NCBI GenBank assembly: GCA_947447995.1
Contig: CANFLQ010000002.1
Location: 14,002-78,001, forward strand
From: Bacteroidota bacterium
GTDB taxonomy: Bacteria > Bacteroidota > Bacteroidia > 2-12-FULL-35-15
Length of the DNA stretch: 64,000 nucleotides
Reading direction: 5' to 3'
A program made the position numbers and the translations under genes. This document shows, one piece after another, positions 34,214-43,965 of this stretch (the first letter of the stretch is position 1; every line of letters starts with the position of its first letter). Under the pieces are notes generated by a model that was given only the letters and a program-made list of their open reading frames with translations, was not told where the DNA came from and did not search any database.

Positions 34214-35728
34214 TTGGAAAAACATATTTTAAGTAAGTCTACCTTCATTCGTGGTTTACAATGTAGTAAATCATTGTATTTGTATAAAAATTTCATTCAG
34301 TTGCGCGATAAAATATCGTTTGAACAACAAGCTGTTTTTAATAGAGGAAATAAAGTAGGTATTTTAGCTCAAAAACTTTTTCCTGGAGGTGTTGATGCAA
34401 GTAAAGTAAAACGTTCCGATTATACAGCAGCAGTTAGTAGAACAACGGAGTTAATAAAAAGTGGAGTTGAGGTAATTTATGAAGCTGCTTTTCAACATAA
34501 TAAGGTATTAGTAATTCTTGATATTTTAGTAAAAAACACACCTAATAATTTCCCTGATAAATCTCACTGGGATGATGAATGGTATGCATACGAAGTAAAA
34601 AGTTCAACTAAAATTTCACATACCTATTTATTAGATGCCTCCTTACAATATTGGGTAATTACTAATTCAGGGTTGCTATTATCGGACATGTCGCTGATAA
34701 CCATCAATAATAAGTATATCAGAAACGGAGAGGTAAAACTAAACGAGCTTTTTTCTTTTACTTCTGTTAAAAATGAAGTGATCCGCAATCAACCAAAGAT
34801 AGAGGAAAATATAAGTGTATCTAAAAAAGTATTGGAACAACTGCAAATACCTAAAATAGAAATAGGCGAACAGTGTTTTAGTCCATACTCTTGCGATTTT
34901 ATGGGAACTTGCTGGAAACTTGTTCCAGCAAATTCTATTTTTGAAATTACTGGCATGCAAAAGTCGGAACAATTTAATCTATATCATTCAGGTTATAAAA
35001 CTATTTCAGAAATCCCAGAACAAAACAATTTGGATAAAAATGTAAATATTCATGTCCAATCTTTTAAAAAAGGAAGCCCAATGATAGATACAAAAGCTAT
35101 AAGTACTTTTTTAGATAAAGCCCAATATCCTTTATTTTTTATGGATTTTGAAACTTTTATGCCTGCAGTTCCAATTTATAATAATACAAAACCCTATCAA
35201 CATATACCATTTCAATACTCCTTGCATTATAAAAAAAGCACAGATTCCAAATTAGAACATTCTTATTTTTTAGCTGAACAGGGACAAGATCCTCGAAAAC
35301 TTTTTTTGGAAAATTTGTTGAAAGATACTGAAAATATAGGCTCAATTTTGGTTTATGATGCCTTAATGGAGCGTAATGTTTTAAATGGATTAAAAAAGGA
35401 TTTTCCTGAATTTAGCCATGAAATTGATTTGAGATTAAAACGATTTGTGGATCTAATGCAACCATTTCAAGAACGAAGTTATTACCATCCATTGATGAAA
35501 AACTCCCATTCAATAAAAAATCTACTACATGCGTTAATTCCCGAACTAAGTTATACCAATTTACAAATATCGAATGGTAGTATGGCAATGGTAGCTTTTG
35601 AGCAATTGCAAACTGAAACGGATATGTTTAAAATACTGGAAACCCGCGAAAATCTTGAAAAATACTGTGAGCTGGATACCTTAGCAATGGTTAAGGTTTT
35701 TGAGATTCTGGAAAAGGAGGTAAAATAA
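34214..35728 (+). CDS. DUF2779-like multi-nuclease protein: PD-(D/E)XK-like N-terminus, a Cys cluster, and a DEDD-type exonuclease-like C-terminus.
   Basis: N-terminus LSKSTFIRGLQCSKSLYL. E.K motif YEVKSST. Cys cluster C-x5-C-x5-C (CFSPYSCDFMGTC). Exo I-like FFMDFET. Later Y..A and H....D motifs. Confidence 0.6.
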   Translation: MEKHILSKSTFIRGLQCSKSLYLYKNFIQLRDKISFEQQAVFNRGNKVGILAQKLFPGGVDASKVKRSDYTAAVSRTTELIKSGVEVIYEAAFQHNKVLVILDILVKNTPNNFPDKSHWDDEWYAYEVKSSTKISHTYLLDASLQYWVITNSGLLLSDMSLITINNKYIRNGEVKLNELFSFTSVKNEVIRNQPKIEENISVSKKVLEQLQIPKIEIGEQCFSPYSCDFMGTCWKLVPANSIFEITGMQKSEQFNLYHSGYKTISEIPEQNNLDKNVNIHVQSFKKGSPMIDTKAISTFLDKAQYPLFFMDFETFMPAVPIYNNTKPYQHIPFQYSLHYKKSTDSKLEHSYFLAEQGQDPRKLFLENLLKDTENIGSILVYDALMERNVLNGLKKDFPEFSHEIDLRLKRFVDLMQPFQERSYYHPLMKNSHSIKNLLHALIPELSYTNLQISNGSMAMVAFEQLQTETDMFKILETRENLEKYCELDTLAMVKVFEILEKEVK

Positions 35729-35729
35729 A

Positions 35730-35798
35730 TTGACGAGTTACGATTGCTGATTGACGAATATTATATCGTTAATCAATTCCTTCTTCGTAACTCGTCAA
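35730..35798. terminator. Long hairpin at a convergent gene junction; likely a bidirectional terminator.
   Basis: Perfect 14-bp arms TTGACGAGTTACGA / TCGTAACTCGTCAA separated by 41 nt. It lies between the stops of the DUF2779-like gene (35728) and ndk (35819). Confidence 0.55.
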
Positions 35799-35818
35799 TC
35801 GTAATTCTTAAATTTTTA

Positions 35819-36238
35819 TTAAAATCGCTCTAATCCTGAAAAGAAAAAATCACCTTCAATTTGTGCATTCTCATCACTGTCCGAACCATGAACGGCGTTA
35901 GCAGCAATTGATTTAGCATAAATTTTACGGATAGTTCCTTCGTCTGCTTTAGTTGGATCAGTTGCTCCAATTAATGTTCTAAAATCAGCTACTGCATTTT
36001 CTTTTTCTAAAATAACAGCAACTATTGGTCCAGACGACATATATTCAACCAATTCGCCATAAAATGGACGCGCTTTGTGCACTTCATAAAATTTGCCTGC
36101 AACTTCAGCAGAAAGTTTCATGTATTTCATTGCTACAATGCGAAAACCGCCATCGTTGATCATTTTTAAAATTCCACCAATGTATCCATTCCCAACTGCA
36201 TCGGGCTTGATCATTGTAAATGTTCTGTTTGTTGCCAT
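35819..36238 (-). CDS. ndk: Nucleoside diphosphate kinase.
   Basis: [15 protein letters not shown]...NAVHGSDS with the active-site His. 139 aa. Confidence 0.95.
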   Translation of the reverse strand: MATNRTFTMIKPDAVGNGYIGGILKMINDGGFRIVAMKYMKLSAEVAGKFYEVHKARPFYGELVEYMSSGPIVAVILEKENAVADFRTLIGATDPTKADEGTIRKIYAKSIAANAVHGSDSDENAQIEGDFFFSGLERF

Positions 36239-36344
36239 TCTTTTTTTTATTATTTAATTGATTTTTTTTTGTTTTAAAGCTGCATTTTAAATAGCCCCTC
36301 TAAACGCGGCTGCGAAAATAGAAAAAATAATTAAACAAATGGTA

Positions 36345-37274
36345 TTATTTTGAAGAACCGAACATATCATAAAACAATCTTACTCCAATTGAGTTTTGAA
36401 GTTTTAAGGCCGGGCTTTGTCCCATATTGATTTTTTCGAAGGTTGGATTATAAACTAATTGTATAACTGTTTTGGGATTAAAATTAATATTTACTCCCAT
36501 TCCGGTAAATACTCCAAAGCCAATTCCTATCGGTTTTTTTACAGGTACGTTTGTTGGATAATAAACAGAGTTGTTATATGCCACCAGGTCAATCTGTAAA
36601 TTATTTATTACTATGTTGTTTCTATCAAACTTAGCTAGTGTTGCGTTTAATCCTCCTTCCAGAAAGAAATTAAATTTTTCGTTATCACCAAATAAATGCT
36701 GGTACCCTAATTGAATTATTAATCTTTGTTCACCGCCTTTTATACCAAATGTTTTGATACGGTCATTCAGCTGAGTAGTACTACCCGTATTGGATAGGGG
36801 AGTTATTATAACAAAGTTGCCGGAAATGTTTAATTTAGAGGCATTTACATTCAGTAAAATTGCATTTTTTTTATCAACTGAATATTTGCCCGCTAATCCA
36901 ACAGAAAAAGCTGGAGTATATCTCATATTGGTAGGCATATCGCTTTGGTCAAAAACCCATGTTTGAGGATCAACTTTCAACTCTTGCGCTATAAGGTCGG
37001 GTTGTCCAGGGTAACCATATCCACCATTTTGAATATTTATTTTTTGGTTCATAAAACTATTTTCCCAATTGAGTTTATTGCCGTCCACATCAAATCCATA
37101 CCCATCATACATGGTTGCGGTGTATTGGTTGGCAAACAAAGTACCAATATAAAGCCCAAAAGTAAAGCCCTTGTCATTCTTGTTTGTTTTATCGAAATTG
37201 GTATCCACAGTGGTACTATCCTGAGCAAAAGTGCTGAAAGTAATTAAGAGTAAAAGTAGGAGAAAGCGATGTTT
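36345..37274 (-). CDS. Hypothetical outer-membrane beta-barrel protein.
   Basis: Signal peptide MKHRFLLLLLLITFSTFAQ (internal start). Alternating beta-strand pattern, with an aromatic residue near the C-terminus. Confidence 0.45.
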   Translation of the reverse strand, partial: KHRFLLLLLLITFSTFAQDSTTVDTNFDKTNKNDKGFTFGLYIGTLFANQYTATMYDGYGFDVDGNKLNWENSFMNQKINIQNGGYGYPGQPDLIAQELKVDPQTWVFDQSDMPTNMRYTPAFSVGLAGKYSVDKKNAILLNVNASKLNISGNFVIITPLSNTGSTTQLNDRIKTFGIKGGEQRLIIQLGYQHLFGDNEKFNFFLEGGLNATLAKFDRNNIVINNLQIDLVAYNNSVYYPTNVPVKKPIGIGFGVFTGMGVNINFNPKTVIQLVYNPTFEKINMGQSPALKLQNSIGVRLFYDMFGSSK

Positions 37275-37456
37275 CATTTTTTTAATTAGTATCATTGCCA
37301 CAAAAGTAATCTTTTTTGTATTTGCCAGCTTATATAACGAAGTTTTATCCTTTTTATTCTTCCATAATAAATAAGGAATAATGCTGTTTGCTTTTAAAAG
37401 TATTCATTCACAAATAATGTATAATTTTAGTGGCTAGTTCAAACTCCATTTTCCGA

Positions 37457-39748
37457 ATGTTCCAAAAACATAAAAAAATCAAAATAGGTATACTCATTTT
37501 TCTGGGCATTGTTTGTCTGGTACCCGTTTTGTTTTTTTTGTTGGTGTACAATGGTTTTTATGGAAAAGTGTATTCTAAGGAAGAGCTAAAGAACATCCAA
37601 AACTATCAGGCTACTGAAGTATACTCCGAAGATGGGAAAATATTGGGTAATTATTATTGGGAAAATCGTAATAGTGTTCGTTTTAAAAATGTTCCACACT
37701 TTTTAATTGAGGAACTTATTTCTACCGAAGATGCCCGTTTTTACGAACACAACGGAGTAGACTTTCAGGGCTTATTTAGGGTGTTTTTCAAAACCTTGTT
37801 AATGGGTGATAAAAAATCGGGAGGAGGAAGTACTATTAGCCAGCAGCTTTCAAAAAACCTTTTTAAGAGAAAAAAATATGGAAAGCTTACTATGCCGGTT
37901 AACAAAATTAAAGAGGCGATCCATGCCATGCGTCTTCATCAGGTTTACAATCAGGAAGAAATTTTAGTGCTGTATTTGAATACTGTTTCTATGGGAGAAG
38001 ATACCTATGGAATAAAAAATGCCTCTTTACGTTTTTTTAGTAAACCTCAGGATTCCTTATCAATGGAAGAGGGGGCGGTATTGGTAGGAATGCTCAAGAA
38101 TCCAACTGTATACAACCCAAGATTACACCCAAAAACCGCCTTGAAAAGACGAAATACTGTCCTTAACAATATGGCCGACAGAGGATACATCAGCAAAGAA
38201 AAATCTCAAAAATTAAAGGATAAGCCGTTAATTCTGCACTATAAAAATACAGGAACCTACGGCGAGATAGCTCCTTATTTTTTAAAAAATCTGGAAGGTA
38301 TCGCTTCCAAAATTATAGATTCTTTAAAAAATCCGGAAGGAGAAAACTATAGTTTATATACCGACGGACTTAAAATAACAACTACCATTAATTACAGTAT
38401 GCAGGATTATGCGCTCAAATCGGTAAACGAGCACATGAAAAACCTACAGGAATTATTTGATAAAGAATGTTCGAGAAGTAATCCTTGGAAAAACAATAAA
38501 AAATTACTTGCAGGAATGATTAAGAAATCCGACCGCTATAAAATTTTAGTAAAGGCAGGAGTCAAGGATTCGGAGATAAAACGAATTTTTAAAAACCCAG
38601 TAGAAATGGATATTTTTGATTGGGAAGGTGGTCATAAAACTACGTTATCGCCATTGGATTCCGTTATTCGAAATCTCACCATATTACAAACCGGATTTTT
38701 TGCAATGGAACCTAATACGGGGGATGTTAAAGTTTGGATAGGAGGGAACGACTACTCTTATTTTCAATACGATCACGTATTATCAAAGCGTCAAATAGGA
38801 AGCACCTTTAAACCTATTGTTTATGCAACAGCTCTGGAACAAGGGGTAAGTCCTTGCAAGTTTTACGACAATGAGCAAACTGCGTATGAAAAATATGGAG
38901 GCTGGGCTCCCGGAAATGCCAATGCAACGTACGGAGGAAGATACTCTATGAAAGGAGCTTTGATCAATTCTGTGAACGTTGTTTCAGTTGAAGTATTACT
39001 TGAAGCAGGTATCGGAAATGCTGTTCAAACAGCTCACCAACTGGGGATTAAAAGCGAAATACCTTATGTGCCTGCAATTGCACTTGGCGTAGCGGATATA
39101 AGTTTAATGGAAATGGTAAAAGCCTATTGCGCTTTTCCGAATGGAGGAAAAGCCGTAACAGCCAGAAGCATTTTAAAAATAGAGGATAGGCACGGTAAGG
39201 TAATTTGGCATGCGGCAAAATTTCCTCAAACCAAACAGGTATTAAAAAAACAAACTACTTTTTACCTTACCGAAATGTTAAAAGGGGTTATTAACGAAGG
39301 TACTGCCAGCCGATTAAGATATACCTATCATTTGAAAGGTGCAATGGCAGGTAAAACAGGAACAACTCAATCGCAAGCCGATGGTTGGTTCTTAGGATAT
39401 ACCCCTGGTTTAGTTGCCGGAGCATGGGTTGGGGCAGAAAGTCCAAGGGTGCATTTCAGATCCTCCACTTATGGACAGGGAGCGGCTGTAGCATTACCAA
39501 TATGGGGCTTGTTTATGCAAAAATGCCAAGCAGATAAGGATTTGTCGCCTTATGTAAGTGGTAACTTCCATTATGGATATAATTTGTATTCTATGCCCGA
39601 CTGTCCAAATTTTAAGGAGGATAATGTTTTTGGTAAAATGCGTAAATGGTTTACCCGCAAAATTAACAAACCTAAGGAGCCTAAAAAAGCAGAAAAAACA
39701 GAAGAAAAGAAAAAAAATAAAAAGAAATTTCGACTTTTTGGGAAATAA
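37457..39748 (+). CDS. Penicillin-binding protein 1A (bifunctional transglycosylase/transpeptidase).
   Basis: GT51 motifs EDARFYEHNGVD, GGSTISQQL and RKI.E. Transpeptidase STFKP, SVN and KTGTT. Lys-rich tail. The listed ORF has a GTG start at 37430; the ATG at 37457 is the likely start. Confidence 0.9.
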   Translation: MFQKHKKIKIGILIFLGIVCLVPVLFFLLVYNGFYGKVYSKEELKNIQNYQATEVYSEDGKILGNYYWENRNSVRFKNVPHFLIEELISTEDARFYEHNGVDFQGLFRVFFKTLLMGDKKSGGGSTISQQLSKNLFKRKKYGKLTMPVNKIKEAIHAMRLHQVYNQEEILVLYLNTVSMGEDTYGIKNASLRFFSKPQDSLSMEEGAVLVGMLKNPTVYNPRLHPKTALKRRNTVLNNMADRGYISKEKSQKLKDKPLILHYKNTGTYGEIAPYFLKNLEGIASKIIDSLKNPEGENYSLYTDGLKITTTINYSMQDYALKSVNEHMKNLQELFDKECSRSNPWKNNKKLLAGMIKKSDRYKILVKAGVKDSEIKRIFKNPVEMDIFDWEGGHKTTLSPLDSVIRNLTILQTGFFAMEPNTGDVKVWIGGNDYSYFQYDHVLSKRQIGSTFKPIVYATALEQGVSPCKFYDNEQTAYEKYGGWAPGNANATYGGRYSMKGALINSVNVVSVEVLLEAGIGNAVQTAHQLGIKSEIPYVPAIALGVADISLMEMVKAYCAFPNGGKAVTARSILKIEDRHGKVIWHAAKFPQTKQVLKKQTTFYLTEMLKGVINEGTASRLRYTYHLKGAMAGKTGTTQSQADGWFLGYTPGLVAGAWVGAESPRVHFRSSTYGQGAAVALPIWGLFMQKCQADKDLSPYVSGNFHYGYNLYSMPDCPNFKEDNVFGKMRKWFTRKINKPKEPKKAEKTEEKKKNKKKFRLFGK

Positions 39749-39778
39749 AAGACCCTTTATTGTTATTTTCAGCTATCT

Positions 39779-40930
39779 TTGCAAATCACGCTAAATCATA
39801 AAATTTTGCCAACTTTTTCCGAATTAGGTATTACCGATGAATTGATAAAAGGGCTTGTTGAAAACAACATTTTAGACCCAACAGAGATTCAAAAAAAATC
39901 TATTCCCTTTTTATTGACGGAAGGAACAGATTTTATAGGTCAGGCTCAAACCGGAACAGGAAAAACGGCCGCCTACGGATTACCTATTTTACAAACAATA
40001 GATACTTCCAGTTCAAAAATACAGGCTTTGATTTTATGTCCAACTCGTGAATTGGGTCAACAAATTGCCAAACAATTATTTCGCATTGCCCGCTATAACC
40101 CCGAACGTATTTTTACGGAAGCGGTGTATGGTGGCGCACCCATCGAACTTCAAATAAGAGCACTAAACAGGCCAACACATATTGTAGTAGCTACACCTGG
40201 TAGATTAATTGACTTGCTCGAAAAAAAGGCTATTGATCTTAGAAATATAAGAACGATTGTGTTAGATGAAGCCGATGAAATGTTGAGTATGGGTTTTAAA
40301 GATGCCATCAGCATCATTTTAAAACAAACAAACGGCTCCAGAAACACTTGGCTATTTTCGGCTACCATGCCGGATTCTATTCAGGAAATCATTAATGTTT
40401 ATATGGACGACGATGCGTTTAAAGTTCAGGTAGATATTAAAAATGTAGTAAATAGAGATATTGAACATCAATATGTTAGCTGTATTGATGTAAAGGATAA
40501 GTTTAATACATTGATGGAGTTTTTAAAGACTCAAGGCAAAGGCAGGGGCATTGTGTTTTGTAAAACAAAATCTTTGGCTCAGTCGCTGGCGAAACAACTA
40601 GCTGCCAAAAATTATTTGGCGGATGCTTTGCATGGTGATTTGCAACAACGTGATCGAGAAAAAGTAATGCGAGCCTTCAAAAATGAGAAGGTGCAGATAC
40701 TTGTTGCAACGGATATTGCCGCTAGAGGTATTGATGTAGACAACTTAACCTATGTTATTCATTATCAGTTGCCTGACCAAATAGAATATTATACACACAG
40801 AAGTGGAAGAACAGCACGGGCAGGTAAAAAAGGCTTGTCACTGAGTTTTGTAACAAGTACCGAATTAGTCCGATTAAAAACGATTGAATCTGATTTAGGC
40901 ATTTCAATTAGTAAGGTAAGAAGAAGTTAA
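39779..40930 (+). CDS. DEAD-box ATP-dependent RNA helicase.
   Basis: Q-motif region, AQTGTGKTAAYGLP, PTRELGQQ, DEADEML, SAT and HRSGRTARAGKKG. TTG start. Confidence 0.9.
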   Translation: MQITLNHKILPTFSELGITDELIKGLVENNILDPTEIQKKSIPFLLTEGTDFIGQAQTGTGKTAAYGLPILQTIDTSSSKIQALILCPTRELGQQIAKQLFRIARYNPERIFTEAVYGGAPIELQIRALNRPTHIVVATPGRLIDLLEKKAIDLRNIRTIVLDEADEMLSMGFKDAISIILKQTNGSRNTWLFSATMPDSIQEIINVYMDDDAFKVQVDIKNVVNRDIEHQYVSCIDVKDKFNTLMEFLKTQGKGRGIVFCKTKSLAQSLAKQLAAKNYLADALHGDLQQRDREKVMRAFKNEKVQILVATDIAARGIDVDNLTYVIHYQLPDQIEYYTHRSGRTARAGKKGLSLSFVTSTELVRLKTIESDLGISISKVRRS

Positions 40931-40964
40931 AATAAGACCCCAACCCCTAAAGGGGAGAATTAAT

Positions 40965-42581
40965 ATGACAATCAATAACATCGATATACAAGAAAAAAAA
41001 GTTGGAAAGGAACTTTATGGGTATCAGCAAGATGCTATTGATAAAATATTTGAAAAACTAGAATCCAACCCCGAAAAATACAACCTTCTTTATCAGTTGC
41101 CTACCGGTGGTGGAAAAACTGTAATCTTCTCTGAAATTGCAAAACGTTATATTAGGGAATCTAATAAAAAGGTATTGATTCTGACTCACCGCATCGAACT
41201 TTGCGGACAAACGTCCAATATGTTAAATGAGTTTGGGGTTAAGAACAAAGTAATCAATCAAAAGGTAAAAAACCTGCCCGACCAGGAAGATTTTATGTGT
41301 TTTGTTGCCATGGTGGAAACATTAAACAACCGTTTGCACGATGAAAAATTAGAAATGGAACAGGTTGGTTTAGTGATTATTGACGAGGCTCATTACAACT
41401 CTTTCCGTAAGTTATTTCAATTTTTTGATAAGGCAGTAATTCTTGGAGTTACAGCAACACCTTTAAGCTCCAATGTTAAACTTCCAATGAAGGATAATTA
41501 TAAGGAATTAATTGTTGGGCATTCCATAGCGTCCTTGATAGAAAAAGGATTTTTATCCAAAGCTACCACCTATAATTACGACGTAAATTTGGGTTCATTA
41601 AAGGTTGGTATTGATGGTGATTATACTGTTAGCTCGTCCGACCAGCTTTACGGAAATTACCTGATGCAGGAAAAGCTTATGACTGCTTACGAGGAAGTTT
41701 CCAAGGGTAAAAAAACCCTTATCTTTAATAATGGTATCAATACGTCGAGAGCTGTTTATATGCTTTTTGCAAATGCCGGTTATGATATCAGGCATTTGGA
41801 CAATACCAATTCTGAACAGGAAAGAAGGGATATTTTACATTGGTTTAAACATAAGCCCGATGCTATTTTAACTTCTGTGGGTATTTTAACCACCGGTTTT
41901 GATGAACCAACGGTAGAAACAATTATCTTGAACCGAGCAACCAAATCGCTTACATTATACCATCAAATGATTGGCAGAGGTTCCCGAATTCTTCCCGGCA
42001 AAAGCAGCTTTTCGGTGGTGGATTTGGGTAATAATGCGCACCGCTTCGGGCTCTGGGATTCCTATGTAAACTGGCAGGATATATTTCGTTCACCGGATTT
42101 ATATTTATTGAATCTAGCAAATGATGCGGCTATTGAACGCCAATTCAAATACAATATGCCTGCTGAAATAAGAGCCAGGTTTGCCAAATCTGAACCGCTG
42201 GAATATGATATTAAGGATGAATATAATTTGGTGACGGCTCAAGGTTTAAGACCCAAAATAGCCATTGAAAAATCCATTGAACAACATGCCAAAATTTGTT
42301 TTGAGAATAGCGATAATTTTTACGATGCAACAGAACTCAGCAAATTGTTGGAAGATGAAATAGAATATCGTGTAAAACGATTTACCTATTGTATTTGTAA
42401 AAGTACCGACAATTACATAAGATGGCTAAAGGAGGACTATGCCCGAAAATTAATTCATATCCTTGGCAGAAAGTTTTTAAGTTTGGATCAGGAGGAATCC
42501 GCTCAAAATATTCAGCCTGAGGAAGAGGTGAAAGAGAATACATCTGATCAAATCCCAAATAATCCCTTAAATAACATTTAG
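40965..42581 (+). CDS. SF2 DEAH-type helicase (ResIII-like) with a C-terminal domain of unknown function.
   Basis: PTGGGKT, IIDEAHYN, GVTATP and QMIGRGSR. The ~170-aa C-terminal extension is not recognised. Confidence 0.7.
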   Translation: MTINNIDIQEKKVGKELYGYQQDAIDKIFEKLESNPEKYNLLYQLPTGGGKTVIFSEIAKRYIRESNKKVLILTHRIELCGQTSNMLNEFGVKNKVINQKVKNLPDQEDFMCFVAMVETLNNRLHDEKLEMEQVGLVIIDEAHYNSFRKLFQFFDKAVILGVTATPLSSNVKLPMKDNYKELIVGHSIASLIEKGFLSKATTYNYDVNLGSLKVGIDGDYTVSSSDQLYGNYLMQEKLMTAYEEVSKGKKTLIFNNGINTSRAVYMLFANAGYDIRHLDNTNSEQERRDILHWFKHKPDAILTSVGILTTGFDEPTVETIILNRATKSLTLYHQMIGRGSRILPGKSSFSVVDLGNNAHRFGLWDSYVNWQDIFRSPDLYLLNLANDAAIERQFKYNMPAEIRARFAKSEPLEYDIKDEYNLVTAQGLRPKIAIEKSIEQHAKICFENSDNFYDATELSKLLEDEIEYRVKRFTYCICKSTDNYIRWLKEDYARKLIHILGRKFLSLDQEESAQNIQPEEEVKENTSDQIPNNPLNNI

Positions 42582-42635
42582 TTGTCGGACAATTACTGAA
42601 TTTACAAAACAGTCATTTGTCTTATAATTAATATT

Positions 42636-43049
42636 ATGTTAAATAGCTATACGCTGCATATCAAATACCTACAAGATGCTATTGATAACGTTGTAAAAAG
42701 TGTTGCCGGTGGTGAATATCTATACAATTTAAAACTTTATGTTGTTTCCGAAGTTCCTTTTAAAATGTTTGGGCCAAAAGTTGTTGTTTATAATTATGTG
42801 GCATCTGGAGATGTTTGGGGTGTGAAAGATGCTAACGCAAACATCAAAGGATTTAAAATGGGTGATAAAGTAGTTTTTACTTTAACTAAAGATTTGAGAA
42901 AAATGCTTTCTAAAAACTTTGAAGGAGAAACAGGAAAACAATATGGTGGAAAAGTTATCAATTTTAAAGGTGGAGAAGCTACAATTCAATTAGAAAATTC
43001 TGCTGTTGTTGATATCCCTTATGCTAACTTGACTAATTTAGGTCAATAG
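42636..43049 (+). CDS. Hypothetical protein.
   Basis: 137 aa with no recognisable motif. Followed by a strong terminator. Confidence 0.4.
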   Translation: MLNSYTLHIKYLQDAIDNVVKSVAGGEYLYNLKLYVVSEVPFKMFGPKVVVYNYVASGDVWGVKDANANIKGFKMGDKVVFTLTKDLRKMLSKNFEGETGKQYGGKVINFKGGEATIQLENSAVVDIPYANLTNLGQ

Positions 43050-43072
43050 TATTTGAATTTAAAAATTAAAAA

Positions 43073-43108
43073 AGAGGCTGTATCAAAATTTGATACAGCC
43101 TCTTTTTA
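43073..43108 (+). terminator. Intrinsic terminator.
   Basis: AGAGGCTGTATCAAAA/TTTTGATACAGCCTCT near-perfect 16-bp stem followed by T5. Confidence 0.7.
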
Positions 43109-43124
43109 TTGCTATTTTTGATTT

Positions 43125-43925
43125 ATGTTAACCAAATCACTTTCTTTAAAACCATCAGAACTAAAAGATTTTTTAGACGAAAAACATGACCAATACAATC
43201 GTTTAAATTTTATAGAATCGGATCCAATTTCTATTCCTCACCAATTTACAAAAAAGGAGGATATTGAAATAGCCGGATTTTTGGCTGCAACTATTGCCTG
43301 GGGACAACGTGTTACTATTATTAAAAATGCGAATAAATTAATTAAATTAATGGATAGCAGTCCGTTTGATTTTGTAATGAATGCTAAGGAAAAAGACTTT
43401 GATTGTTTTGCTAATTTTAAACACCGAACATTCAACGGAATAGACGCTGTATTTTTTATGAAGTCATTACAAAATATTTATAAAAAACACAATGGTTTGC
43501 AAAATGCTTTTAGCTTCTCTCCCACTCGTTCCAATAAAAAGCTGATAGACATAAAAATATCTATTTCTAATTTCAGACAAATCTTTTTTTCCATTCCTTA
43601 TCCCAATAGAACTAGCAAACATGTTTCCAATCCATCTGAAAATTCATCTTCAAAGCGATTGTGTATGTATTTACGCTGGATGGTGCGTAAGGATAATCGT
43701 AAAGTGGATTTTGGAATATGGGATGTTTCCCCTTCCATACTTATGTGCCCTTTAGATGTGCATTCTGGAAATGTAGCACGCAAACTGGGGTTGTTAAATC
43801 GTACTCAAAACGATTGGAAGGCTGTTGAAGAATTAACAAATAATCTAAAAATTTTAGATGCCAAAGATCCTGTAAAATATGATTTTGCTTTGTTCGGATT
43901 GGGAGTATTTGAAAATTTTAATTAA
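43125..43925 (+). CDS. TIGR02757 (DUF2400) family protein.
   Basis: The N-terminus LDEKHDQYNRLNFIESDPISIPHQF...IEIAGFLAATIAWGQR resembles this conserved family as I recall it. Confidence 0.55.
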   Translation: MLTKSLSLKPSELKDFLDEKHDQYNRLNFIESDPISIPHQFTKKEDIEIAGFLAATIAWGQRVTIIKNANKLIKLMDSSPFDFVMNAKEKDFDCFANFKHRTFNGIDAVFFMKSLQNIYKKHNGLQNAFSFSPTRSNKKLIDIKISISNFRQIFFSIPYPNRTSKHVSNPSENSSSKRLCMYLRWMVRKDNRKVDFGIWDVSPSILMCPLDVHSGNVARKLGLLNRTQNDWKAVEELTNNLKILDAKDPVKYDFALFGLGVFENFN

Positions 43926-43965
43926 ATTAACCAATTTCAATCATTTTAATATCAATTAATTATAT

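Noticed and set aside
39558-39794. 78-aa ORF overlapping the PBP1A 3' end, and a 61-aa ORF at 29229-29414 inside the SurA gene.
   Set aside because: Both are in alternative frames of confidently assigned genes; the one at 39558 translates the Lys-rich tail region out of frame.
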